In this document: positions 36,351-48,792 of the stretch, in pieces
How positions within the stretch are numbered: the first letter of the stretch is position 1
Layout: each line of letters starts with the position of its first letter
NCBI GenBank assembly: GCA_013265495.1
Contig: MU057887.1
Span: 2,823,576-2,887,575, forward strand
Reading direction: 5' to 3'
From: Vicugna vicugna
Taxonomy: Eukaryota
DNA length: 64,000 nt
Notes under the pieces: model-generated
The model's input: only the letters and a program-made list of their open reading frames with translations
The model's database searches: none
What the model was told of the DNA's origin: nothing
Translations under genes and position numbers: made by a program

Positions 36351-39300
36351 AGCTTGTCAGGGACCCACCAGGATGGTGTCACACAGAACAGCTGCATTGC
36401 TCCAGAGCCTGCTGATGGACCTGGGACCCCTCAACACCCCGGGACCATTCCCTGAGATGGGGCACATCCCTGCAAAGGGCGGAAGGGAGCTGGTACCCAG
36501 GGTGTGCCTGTCCCTGCCCCTGGCCGGGCCCTGAGGTGCAGCTCCGTGTGGGGCATCCTGGAGGCCGGCATCCTCTTCCTGGAGGTCAGCAGGGAGGCTG
36601 GGAGGGGCTGCCTCTTCCCTTCCGTGCTGGGAGCCAAGCAGTCGGTGAGTGGAAGGCCCAAGGGCAGCCCGTCCTCCCAGCTCCCAGCCCCCACAGAGGA
36701 GCCAGCGTCCGGGAAGCAGCTGATTCCAGGGCCTCCACTTGTCACCAGGCCAGAGCTGGAGCTGGACGCCCACCGAAGAGGGACCCAGTGCATCCAGAGA
36801 CCCAGTAGGGCACCTGCCAGCCACAGGTGGGGACGAGGTGGAAGCCTGAAGACCGAAGACGGGGCCTGGGCCTCCTGCCCCCTCCCCTCAGAGCAGCCCA
36901 GTGTTTCATGTGCCTGGGTCCCGTCCCGCAGGTTTTGGAAAAGGCTCCTGTTGCTCCGAGCTGCAGGAATGGGCTGGACACTCTCCGAGGCGCTTCTGTT
37001 CACACTGGTGGCCCTGTCTGTCCAGGAAGGCCCACATAAGGGCCTTGAGGACTGAGGGCAGAGGGCATCAGGGCGGGGTCCCTGCTTCCTGCTCAGAAGG
37101 GCTGGTGCTCCCCAGAAGGCAGGCGCGTGGGATGGGAGCGGCTGCCCACAAGGAGCTTGGAGCCAGCGCCCTGTCCGGTCCGGCCCGGAGCTCTGAGGCC
37201 TGAGAGGGCCAGCCTGTGAGCAAGAATCACCGCTTCCTGGTCTGGTTACTGCCGCCCAAAGGCAAATTACCTACCTGTCTTTGACCCCCTGCCCGGGCGA
37301 CGGGCACACGTCGCAGGAAGAGGACCACTGCCCCTGAGGGTCAGGAGGCAGACTCGGAGAGGAGGGGGGCGGGCTGGAAAACTTCTCATAAAATTGCATT
37401 TCCTGAAATAGCCAGGGCCGTGATGGTGATGCGTCTGCCGCTGATCGGCTCGGACACGGGCACTGCGCGGGAGCCGCGCCTCCGGCGGTGGCGCTCCGCC
37501 CGCTCCTGGGCCGCGCTCTCCTGCTGTTGCTTGTTTAACTCGCGGGCTGTGCCGGGACAGTGGTGCCTCTGTGGAGGCCAGCACTGCATTAGAGCTCGCC
37601 GCCTGCTTAATTCAATTGCTCTTCTTTCTGACTCTGCTGACAAAAGTAATCGGCTCGTGGCTGCCAGGGCCGCAGCGTTCCCACCGAGAGCTGGGTCTCG
37701 AGGTGTCCCCAAAGTCCCGGTTCTGGAAGGGTGGTGTGCACCTGTCCCCATCCTGGAGTACGTTTGCTCTGGGTCCACCCTGAGTCGAGGAGTGACCCTG
37801 CCCTCAACCTGACCTCGCATCACTGACCGCCCACGGGCGTCAGAGCTGCTCTGCAGAGTGAGCCTCACCGACCTGCCCTCGGCCGGCAGGGGCTCCTGAG
37901 GCTCCACGGGGCCGGCTCCTTGGAGAGGAACCAGCCAGAAGCATCCTTTCAGCCTCCCTCCCGGGAGCGAGTTAGCACCATGACCTTTCTTTTTGAATAA
38001 GGTTGGTTTAAATGGTCCAGAACCGGGCACTGTGGGCTGCGGCGTCGACTGAGAGCGCCTGCTCCGTGTCAGGTGAAGCCCCTGCCCTTGGCGGCCTCCC
38101 CCGGCCCTGTCTCCCCTAGACTTTGCACAAGAAGGGTCCACGCTCACTGGTAGCTGGATAATAGGATATCACGAAGCTCAGGTCTTCAACCCAAATCTCC
38201 CAGACCCCCACGGCCAGGCTGCTTCCAGCCTGAGCTGGCCCCTCCGTTCAGATAGTCAGGAATGGAGAAAACACGGCCCTGGCCCCTCGTCCACCTGGCA
38301 GCCGTCCCCGGTCGGTCGGCCGTCCCAGCCCGTGGGAACCACAGGCAGATGAAGCGCGGCCTTCAGGAGCCAGACACCTCGACTCTGGCCTTGGGTCTAA
38401 ACCCTCCCAGCGCGGGCGGCTGTGGCTACGCACGTGCCCCCCACCCCCCGTGCTGTAATGGGCTGCGGTCGGCCTGCGCGGTCTCAGGATGGCCGTCCTT
38501 GATTGTGGCTTTCGTGGCAAGTAAATACAATATTGTTACAGCTCCTCTGTGGACGGCATTCCTGCCTGGCAGAGGTCGTGACGGTTTGGCGCACGGGGGT
38601 GTTCGGAGCGCTGGTTAATGGAGGACTTGCTGCAGGAAGGCTCCGTCAAGTGTACCCCCAATACACCCGCCCATGTGAGCCCTGTCGACCTTTCAGGGGC
38701 CAAGCCAGTGGCCAGCTGGCAGCTCAGACCCAGGAGCGAGGCTGGGGCCAGCTGGGGCCTTCAGGGGCCGGCGGGCGAGCGGCCTGGGCAGAGCGGGGCC
38801 GAGGGTGCCGCTCCCCGCGGCACAGAGCCACTCCCGGCGCCCCGGGGTAATGGCCCTGCGGACTTGCCGGCTCATCGGGGTGCGGACCACGCGGGGTGGA
38901 GGCGTTCTGTCCCGGCCCTGCCGACGGGGAGCCACCTCCCGGATGGGACGAGGGCGATGAGTCACCCACACTGCGTGCAGCGGGAAACACGCTTTCCAAG
39001 GCCGGGGACTCAGCACTGACTCACCTGCTTGGATGAAACCTCGTTCAGTCACCCTGTCACCGCTCGTGACCCGTGAATTAGGAGCCGGGGACGTGCAGTG
39101 GGAAACGCCGGCGCTCTTCCACGTCCCAGGGACACCGTGGGCCCGGAAGGACCAGGACCCACTGCTCGGACACACTTCTTAAGTCACGCCCTTGGTATTC
39201 GTGTTGCTGCCAAGCGTGGGAGAGCTGTGGCCTCTGTTACGCAGCCGAGGTCAGGTGCTCGCCGGCCGGGCGCCCCGGGGCACGGGCTGAGCCGGAGGAA

Positions 39301-39909
39301 GCTCACCAGGAGGACAAGTCCTGACTGGCAGCTACTTCCCTCCATCCAGCCGTCACTGTGGGGCCAGAGCCTTCTCCCAAACCAGAAGCCCCGACTACCC
39401 AGTGCGTCTTCGGGGAGGCCGCCTTCCTCCGCGTGACTCCAGGGCGCCCCGCTGGGAGCACAGAAGCCCTCCACTGGGTGGGGAGGGGCCGCCGGGTGAG
39501 TGTCCCGAGGCAGTCTCCGCTCTTGCCCGGGAGTCAGAATGCTCAGCCCGACTGAGCCAGGAGCACTGAGGCCTTGGTGTGCCCGGCCGGCACCCCAGCC
39601 TGGACAGAGCCATTTTCAGGAGGACTCCATGTGGTCACCCTGCAGTATGTGCCCCTACGATCAGACAGGCTTGTCAGGGAATCGCCCGGCTCCCCCAGAG
39701 CCCCTGAGACGCACAGGCGGGACGGTGGCCTTCCCCCAAAGCAGCTGTCTCCTGGTGTGAGGGGGCCTCACCAGGGACTCAGCCCCAGATCCTGTCCGGC
39801 TGCACCCCCAAGGCCAGCTCAGCAGGAAGAGGGGCGGTGCCTCTTTTCAAGACCCAGACCCTGTCCAGTGACTGGGGGGTGAGCCCGGGGCATGGGTCCA
39901 GTTCCTAGG

Positions 39910-39990
39910 GCTCCAGCCTTGAGTCTTGCACTTGGCAACTGCGTGTCTTTGAGGAAGAATCTGTTTCCTCATCTGTGAGATGGGCAGAGC
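39910..39990 (+). mobile_element. MIR core fragment
   Basis: gcacttggcaactgcgtgtctttgagga...ctgtttcctcatctgtgagatggg resembles the MIR core (cagtttcctcatctgtaaaatggg). Confidence 0.55.
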
Positions 39991-41868
39991 GCCTGCTTCA
40001 AGGACCCGAGGTAAGAAGTGGTAGCCATCACTGCCACGTGTCTGCCAGTCCTGGCCAACGCTAAGACTCCCTCCCGTGAAATTCCCCGTCCCGGACCTCG
40101 ACAGCTAACTCTCCTCCTTCTCTGCTTGTGTTTTGGCTCCTGGTCGTCAGGCTGTGACCAATGGGCTCTGGGAAGGCTGGTTGTGGGGACCTCCGCTGCC
40201 CACATCGGTGCCTAACGTGGCCGCCTCCCTTTTTGGGGGGAGGATCAGAAAAGAGCAGCTTACTTAACATGGAAGTTTAAGACTAGTGCTGAATACTGTC
40301 TGGTAGGTAATTTGGACATTAGAGGAAAATGCAACGTAAGACGATGGAAACACCCCTTTCCTTCCCAAAGAAAGCGCTCGTCTTCCTCGTGCGCATCCGG
40401 GAACAAAACCCCACGGGTGGGAGACACGCTGAAGGTCGGGCACACGTTTCCTGCCAGCACGGTTCGTGTCCTGTGCTGTCTTGGCTGTTACAGAACAGCA
40501 GCTCAAGGTCACCTTCTTTCGGGGCTTCCAAGACATGGCCCACGTTCACCTGGCCTCTCCGGCCGGGGACGGCTGTGCGTCCCGATGGCGGCGGCCTGGC
40601 ACCCCCTGTGCCCCGTCTCCCCGCCCCGCCCCAGAGTCTTCTAAAGCCTTCTTTGGAACTTCCGCATTCGGGGGCATCGGTGGGTTACCACTAGGTGTGC
40701 GGCCCTCGGGCAGGACGAGGAATGGACACTCCCGTGTTCCTGGGGGATGTGGCCCACGTGACCTCGGATCACACCCCCCCCCAGCTGCCTGTGCTTTTCC
40801 CGCCGGCACGGCTGCTCTCCGTGGGAGCAGAACGGCGACACCCATGCACCGGTATTTGTGACTCGTAGCCTGGGCGCTGGTGGCCGTGCGCGCCAAGTCC
40901 CTGCTGTCACTCCTGCTTCTAACTTCTGGGCGCTCCTCTGCTGTCTCCCTGCTTCCCCGCCCCCGAGGCCCACCCTCCTTTCCCGTGAGCCGCGTCCCTG
41001 CGGCGCTCCGAGGGCACTCTGCGCAGGGCTCCCCGGGGTTCCCGCCCCTGCGCCTCTGCTCCCTGGCTTGGTTTTCCGTCTGCTCCTCTCTGCTCCGGCC
41101 TCCTGCCGTGGCTGCCCTCCCGGGCCGTCCTGGTGGCTCTGCCTGTTTCTGAACAGGGATAATCGGGTTAATGAGCTGGGGTACAGCTGGCGGCCCTGCT
41201 TCTGCAACAGGCTTCTCTCTGAAACTGGACACCGGGAGGACCGGGGGCCCGGCACTGCCCGGCTAGGAAGGTTTCACGAGTCCTGGAGGCGCAGTGCCTC
41301 CCTGAAGCCTGCTTGTGTGTGACAGTGGGGAGTGGGCGTGGAGAGGGCTGGCGCCTCTGTCCTGGGCATGAGCCTCTCATCTTGATGCTCCAGGACAGCG
41401 TGGGCACACAGCTCTCAGCCCCTCAGCCTGGATATGGGGTCATGGGTTCCTCTGCCCTCACTTCCTGGGACGCCAGCCCAGCTGCTCTGGCCACCCCCAG
41501 GACGAGGCACAACCGTACCTCTCACGGTGGTCACTCGCGTCTGTGGTCCCTCCTGCCCCAGCTGGGACGGCCCGCCCTGCCCACTGCGCTCCCCCGGGAT
41601 GAGGGCGGCTTTCAGGCCTATGTGCTCCTGGACCCCTGGACTTGCTCCCCTGCCTTTGACACAGTCAGTGACCTCCCGATGTGTCCTTCCTTGGAACACA
41701 ATCCCGGTCCCACAGAGGCCCTTGTGGCTTTATTGACTGAATGGCATGGTTTGCAAACTGCGCTCATTTCGATATCAGCACTGGGGCTGATCCATTTTAA
41801 TGCAATTAGACGCTGCATCCAGGGCCTTAATCACCATCTGCCGGAGACGGCGCACAACAAAGGGATGG

Positions 41869-42030
41869 GAGGACCTGGAACCTGGGGTTCAAGGGTGGGA
41901 GCGGGGGTCCAAGGAGGACCAGGGGCTTGGGAAGGGTGAGTGGCGGTCCAGGGAGGACCAGGGGCCCGGGGAGGGGCGAGCGAGGGTCCGGGGGGACCAG
42001 GACCCCAGGGAGGGTGAGCGGGAGGGTGAG
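41869..42030. repeat. Degenerate ~39-bp G-rich minisatellite, about 4 copies
   Basis: Units begin gg(a/g)ggacc at 41869, 41913, 41952 and 41991; consensus about ggaggaccaggggcyyggggagggtgagcgrgggtccr. Confidence 0.7.
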
Positions 42031-44904
42031 CTCTCTAACCCAGTGTCTTTGGAAGGAGGGAGCTGCCTCTCCTGCCGTCACCCTTTCTGATGTGCTGACC
42101 AAGCTCTCACTGTCCCGGGTTCTCTCGGGGGCTCAGGTGATGCTCCAGGGGCCCCCAAGCTCTGCTGCTCTCCCCACCTCTACCGGTGGCCAGGGGCTTC
42201 CATTGCTGCCCTGGGGGTGAGTGGACCCCACACCAGAGGGACGCCGGGCCCTGATTCCAAGTCCACAGCTGGTGTGACTAGAGCCACCATCCGTCCCAGT
42301 CTTGATTTACTGGTGTGGACACTGCGGCCGGGGCCATGTGCACTGGTCACCGCTGGGGCTGATGGGTGAACCTGAGCCCCAGGCCTTGTCCCTCCACCCC
42401 AGGCCGCTGACCTGAAGGCCAGGGGAGGACTCGAAGCCGGTGTCTTCTTTGGAAGGAGGGGTGCTGTGGGGCCAGCCTCTGTGGCCATGGAGCCGGTGCA
42501 CTTGGACGGAGTGCCTGGAGCCCACGGCCTGGGCCGGCCTGGTCATCGCTGACAGCTTTGGTCACCAGAGCCCCCACGGCAGGGCCCTGGGCCACAGGAA
42601 GCTCGGCTCGTCCCCGGGAAGGGACGCCTGCCTGGAAGGCACTTCTGAGCATCCTTGCCTTCACGTCAGTGTCACCAAATCCATACTGGGACACATTTGT
42701 GCTGGACTTCATCCCGTGTCCTGGACAGAAAGCTGTGTCCTGTGCGATCAGGCCACACAGAACAATGCCACGTCCCAAGTTTCGGAGGGGCCGGTTTCAC
42801 TGTCCTGCTGCCTGCCACGGGGCTGGCTCCTCACCACACACCCACCCAGGACAGGGACATGCCCCACGTAAACTGCCACCCCACGGCGGCCCGGCGCTGG
42901 CCTTGGGAGTGCGGTTCTGGAGATGGGCGTGCCGGGGCTCTGGGGTGGGGGGCAGCGAGGGCGCCAGGGCCACGCACACGCGGTGGGGACGCGCATCCAC
43001 GCGGCAGCACCGCCATCCCGAGAGCCCCTCTCACGACTGCTGCTCACAGCCACCCCGCCGTCCGTTAGCACAGAGCCCGCACCTCCCGCAGGGCCCGCGC
43101 CCGCCCGGCTCCGGGGCTGGAGGTGGCGCCCCAGCGCTGAGTGTGCGCAGAGCTGCCTGGGGGGAGGCGGAGAGGACTCCGCTTCCAGCCTCCTGCCGCA
43201 CGGGGCCGCACTCCTGCCCTGCTGGGCACTTGATCCTCTTCCAGCCGTGGCTCCCTGAGGTGGCAAGGAGGCCCGAGCTCAGTGGGGCAGGGCAGCCCCC
43301 AAGGACAGAGCACAGGGTGCCGGGGGACAGAGCTTGGCTGGCGGCTTTCCCAAACTGCTGCGAGACCCCAGGGCAATGAGTTCCTTCATGGAGACCCCTT
43401 GTGTGCGGGCGCTCGCGCACGGGGTCCCCACCTGGCGGGAGGCACGGCCCCGCGGGGGAGAAGCCAGGAACCCCGGACCCACCGTGCTGCATCTAGGCAG
43501 CCCCGCAGGCACCTGGACTGCGTCCGCCCCACCCGCCAAGGTCGGAGGTGCTGGGCATCCCAGGGTGGGGCACCGGGTGCCTTCCAGTGTGCCCCCCAGG
43601 GCTTCCAGAAGACCCCAGCCCATGAACAAAGGGTCTTGGTTCCGTGGGGGTTTAACTCTCTGGGGCCCTTTCTTTCTGACTCAGCAGCTCTGCTCAGATG
43701 GCCGGCAGTTCCCTGCAGTTTCCAGCGAAGAAAATCAGCAGTACTGGGCAAGGCCCCGTGCCTGGGCTGAACCCGAGCTCAGAGTGACGGGGGAGCTCGG
43801 GGACTGCAGATCAGAGCGGTCACCAAGGAAACCGCATCCAAATGTCCAGACAGAGTTTGCCCCATTTCGGAGGGTCTCAGAACACGAGGGGACGAAACCG
43901 CCGAGCAAATAAACAGCCCATCAGGAGAGGCTGCCCTCCCGTTCCTTAAATCGAGCTCTGTAAGTTTACAACCCAGGCGAGAAGCTTCCCGTGGAGACGC
44001 ACCTGCGAAGGGGGCCGCAGGTGGAAATGAGACGTAATCGGGTTAAGACGAGGTCGTCGAGGTGGGCTCCGATCCAGCGACCGGCGTCCTTTCAAGAAGA
44101 AATGCCCGTGAAGACAGACTCGGGGGGCAGGCCGTGCGACAGCGGAGGAGGCCGGAGTGATGCGTCCAAGTTCGTCCCGGGGAGGCGCGAGCCTCCCCCA
44201 GGCCAGCATCTCCTGGTGGAGGCCTTTCCACAGGCCTCACAGCCTCTCCTCCGCAGGGGCGCGGGGCCGGGGCCTCGGGGGCCGTTGGAGGCCGACTGGC
44301 AGGTGCCACGTCAGGGAGGACTGAGAGCAGAGCTGTGGGAACGGAGGTCAGTCTGGAGTCAGCCCTCCGAGAGCCACCAGGACCTCTAGTTCCGAGGAAA
44401 CTCGATGGCTCCCAGTTTACAGTGGCACCCCCCACCCCCCCACCCGTCTGCCCCACCGTTGACTGCTCGGGAGATGGTCACAGGCTGCATGTTTACAGCT
44501 CTACTCCAGGCCGGTCAGAAAGAGCCAGGGACGCAGGCTTTGGAGCCCACGGGCTGTCCCTGGCCCCCGCATCTCCACCTGCCGCCCTTCCTGGTGGACC
44601 GCAGGAGCGGCGCGGGGGAGGGGGGAGGCGGGAAGTCCAGGCTGCCTTGTGCTGACTGCACGTTGGACGCACGTGCCGTGGGGGTCAGAGGGGATGCAAG
44701 GTGGGGCTCTCAACCTCAGCCTCCCCCTCCCTCCTCCTTCTGAAGCTTGTTCCAGGGGGCTGAGGAGGGAGGGCTCCCCAAACAGTGGGCTCATTGGCCC
44801 TTTCTAGTGGGCATGGCCCTGTCTGAGGCCAATGGGCATCTCTGGTCATTGGAGGAAGGAAGGCAAGTTCAGGGTGTCATGGTGCTCCACACACCAACGG
44901 TCTG

Positions 44905-45065
44905 GGGGGATGGATGGATGGATGGACAGATGAATGGATCGGTAGGTGGCTGGCTGGCTGGCTGGATGGATGGATGGGTAGGTGGACAGATGAATAGATG
45001 GATGTACAGTTTGATGGATGGGTGGATAAGGGAATATATAGGTAGCATGGATGGATGGATAGATT
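44905..45065. repeat. Degenerate (GGAT)n simple repeat
   Basis: ggatggatggatggacagatgaatgg...ggatggatggatagat. Confidence 0.9.
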
Positions 45066-45529
45066 AACAGAAGGAGAAACGAATGGACAGAGGATGATGT
45101 TCTAAACATCTCGCAGGCCTCGGGGGAAACTTCCTGTGAGAGGTAGTAGGGCTGAGGCCTAGTGGGCAGCCAGTGTTTTCAGCCTCGTTGTCTCTGCCAT
45201 GGCCACTGTCTCCCCGCACAGGCAGGACCACGAGCCCAGCCCGTCGGCCTCCCCGCCTCCTGGGGGACTGACCCGCAGCACGGCGCCCATCCCCAGGGGT
45301 GCCCGGCTGCCCCAGACGGCCTCTCTAAACGCAGGCACGTCCCAGCTCTGAGCGAAGGGCTGTGAGGTGTCCCCACGCGTGAGGACAGGGCTCCGCCCCG
45401 CTGCCCGCGCCCCGGGGACTGCCCCCCGGAGGAGCCCAGCCGCCTCTCGGAACCAGAGGGGAGGCGCTCCCTCAGCGCACGCTGAAGTGAACCGCCGGCT
45501 GCCTCCCTTGCCTCTCCTCTTCGGTAGCT

Positions 45530-45960
45530 CTGCCAATTTATGGGAATTTGCCTAAGAAAAATGGAGTGTTTTTCCCTCTCAACTTACATTTCTTAATCCT
45601 AATGAAATAATGAAACAGGTAGCTTGTGACAACTGTGGTTTTTCTCTCTCAATCTAATTTGATTGCCCGAATCTGGAGTGTTCTCCACTGGCGTGGGACC
45701 GGGCGCTGATCACGGTGCGCGGCCTCTCCAGCCTCCGGCGTCGGGGGGCCCTTCGCCGGCAGCGAATGGATCACGCTAATCAGAGAACCATCTTGAAAAT
45801 TAATACCTTCTGCTGTACTGTTTAAAGGAAAAATAATTATCGAGACTGTCCTCGCTGAATTATGCTGTCAAGAAGTTGTGGAAAGAAAATTTTGCCTAAT
45901 TTTAAAACGTAATCTGGGTTCTGAAGATTTTTCTTCTCGGAGTGATTAAAGGATTCAGCC
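45530..45960. promoter_or_regulatory. AT-rich, homeodomain-motif-dense island (enhancer candidate)
   Basis: About ten TAAT/ATTA cores, including TAATCC at 45594, plus TTTATGG at 45537. Not matched to any repeat I recognise. Confidence 0.45.
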
Positions 45961-47643
45961 GAGTGGCCAGGAGGAGAGCACGCCTCTCCTGCCCGGATCC
46001 CTGGGCAGCGTGTGCGGGGCACCAGCCTGGCCCCGGGCGGAGGCGCGGGGCCCGGGCCGCTTGGGGGCCCAGCCTCCCCCCCACCGCCTTCCCCCGGGTG
46101 GGCCACGCGGCAGGAGGAGGGCCCCGAGCCAGGGTGGGTGGGACCCTCCCACCCACCCTGCTGAGCGGGAGCCACCAGCCCCACCTGCCCCCCTCCCAGG
46201 GTCTCGGGTTCAGGCCACCCACAAATGGTCTGGCTCGTTCCTGGAACGAGGGTGCAGCAGGGACCCCCAGCTCCCGATGAATTTAAAGGAAACAGAGCCA
46301 AGTGTGCCCGTAGAGACTCAATGGGGCTGCGAAGCCCCGAGTGCTGCTCACTCAGTGGGGTTTAGTCTGGCAGCCGGTGGGGCGGGTGCTCCGGGCCCCC
46401 AGGTCTGAGCTGACTTAACTCACTAGCTCCCGATTTCGGAGCCCAGGTCACCCCTGTAGACGGCCAGTCCCCTTCCCACCCCAGGACTCCCCAGGGGCCC
46501 AGGCTACTTCCAGCTGGCTGAGGGCCACCGTGTCCTTGGGGAAGGGCAGGTCTAGGGGTGGTGACCGCACGCAGCCCGCGTCCCTCCCTGCCTCCCGTGC
46601 GCCTCCCTGATGCTCTGCCTGGCAAGCTGTCCGTTAGCTGCTGCCCATCAGGGAGGAAGCCTGGGCACTGGGAGAGTTTCCCTACAGGCACGTCCGCCCA
46701 CTGCTGTCCAGGCTCCTCTGAGAGATGTGGGCTCACAGCCCTGCCTCCCCTTCTTTTGCCCTCGGGCTGGGCCCCCGGGAGGCTGCCCAGAGGAAGGCCT
46801 GGCTCTCTGACAAGAGGCTGGGGTCCCTGCAGGGATCGTGTTTGGGGCCCTCCCCCCACCACCTCTCCTATGCTGGTAATACACCCGGCAGCCAGGACCC
46901 TTGAGCAGGGGCAACTGGATAGGCTGGAACCCCGCGGACCACCTGCCTTGTATGGGGTCCACATTCCAGAAAGCGCTACCTGCAAGTCAGGCGGGGTGCA
47001 GCGAGGCCCTGGGGGCCGTGACTGTCCGGTGGACTCCAGGCCACAGACATCCCTGCATGGCCCAGAGGACATGGCTTTCTAGGCCACATCCAGCATATTG
47101 CCCCCACCCCCAGGGCAGCTTCCACTCCCCGGCTTCTCTGTGGCTCCCTGGATGCAATGCAGCTCCCCCTGGCCCCTCCACAGTGGCCTGGGCTCACGGT
47201 AGTGACCACACGGCCACCCCTCATCCTCCTGTGTCCGTCACTCCCCCTGCCTCTACACTACACCATCTCTGCCGTCTCCATGTAGCCAACTCATCCTTCA
47301 AAGCTCGCTTCTTCCAGGAAGCCCTCCTAGCTGGCCCCAGGCCTTCTCTGAGCCCCACTGCCCTGTGGACAACCAGGCCCAGTGCTTTCCGTGGAGCAGC
47401 GTGTTCTCAGACTGACTTACTTTGAGCCCTGGCCCCGAGATCCTGAGGGGAGGCCCGTGTTCTCCAGCTGGGTGTGCTCCACGGCGTGGGGCTCAGCCTG
47501 AGCGAGTGACCCTGGCCCTCTGGGCCCAGGAAATAGAGGCTGACTGGCCACCTGAGCTCAGGGTCCTGGTGACTGAGCTGTGCCCAGTCCCATCCCAGGC
47601 TTCCCTGCTGGGTTCATCCAGGGCCAGAACTCCCCGTATCTGA

Positions 47644-47760
47644 TGTGGAGCCGCCGGGCGAGGGAGGACGTGGGGCCGCTGGGCGAGGGAGGATGTGGGC
47701 CGCCAGGCGAGGGAGGACGTGGGCCGCCGGGCGAGGGAGGACGTGGGCCGCTGGACGAGG
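47644..47760. repeat. 24-bp minisatellite, about 4.8 copies
   Basis: Unit gggcgagggaggacgtgggccgcc starting at 47656, 47681, 47705, 47729 and (partial) 47753. Confidence 0.93.
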
Positions 47761-48773
47761 CCCTGCAGTGTCAGGGTATCTGAGAAGACCCCAGAAAGCT
47801 GCCAGCAGTCCTTGCCTGTGAATCAGAGGATGTTTCGCATCCTGGGCTGGCTCACTGAGGTCTGTCCATCTCAAGAGAACCTAGGAGACCAGAGCAGCTT
47901 AGGGAGCCTGGAGCCAGACCCCGGGTGCAGCCCCTCGGAGAGGAGCAGGCTGCTCCCAGGAAGTCCCTGAGGCCTGGGCTCCCGACCAGGATGGGCACAG
48001 AGGCCACCCCTGGCCCACAGAGGTCAGGCTCCAGGTGAGGGAGGGGCCGCCTGTCAGAGCCCCCCACGTCGGTCAGCTGGGAGCTTCCTGCCCTGGCCCC
48101 ATGAGGACAGAATGGAAGGGTGTCTGTGAGACCCGGTGCTACTGTATCTCTTCCCATTGGCGTTAGGGGATTACCGTCATGCCCGTCTTGGGGCGGTGGT
48201 GGGGCAAAACCAGCGAGGGCAGGTGGGTGCGTGACCCGCACATGCAGTGCTGCGTGTCGGGCCCCGGGACCCTGGGAACAGCGAGGGTGATGGAAGCGAT
48301 GACAAGGGCACCCACTCCGGACCAGGGGCAGAGAAGGGTGAGGGTCAGAGAAGATTCTGGAACGCTCCTCATTCCCGGCACCCCTCCTGGCCCGACGCTC
48401 ACCTGTGTGATCATGGCAGCCTGCTCCCGCCCCTGCACCCACGCGGACACCTTCAGTGCACCCCCGTGTGCAGCAGCACAGCGAGCTTTGAAACCGTCAC
48501 TGGACCAGGGACGCTGTCCAGCGAGGACTTAGGTCAACAGCCAGGAGTGGCTGCGTCGGCTTGTGTCCCTGCCCAGGATGCTCTGTGCTTGTCCTGTGTC
48601 CCCACTCACCTTTTCCACTTGGACCCAGGAAAACCGCTCCAGCATGTCCACCGTCGGTGGACCCCATGCCCCACCCCATCCCCTGCTGGGACGTCTGGGA
48701 GCCGGGCCCACAGAACACGCTGGAACCAGGTGTGCGGCCGGGGCTGTTGTGACTCAAGGTTGCACGGCGGTCA

Positions 48774-48792
48774 CGGCGCCCCCTCCTGGCTG
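48774..48792 (-). promoter_or_regulatory. Candidate CTCF site
   Basis: Minus strand reads CAGCCAGGAGGGGGCGCCG. It fits the CCASYAGRKGGCRS core with one minor base (G at Y). Motif evidence only. Confidence 0.45.

Noticed and set aside
41160-44046. Exact 12-mer taatcgggttaa at 41160 and 44035
   Set aside because: It looks like a homeodomain dimer site, but many 12-mer pairs are expected by chance in 64 kb; not supportable without conservation data.
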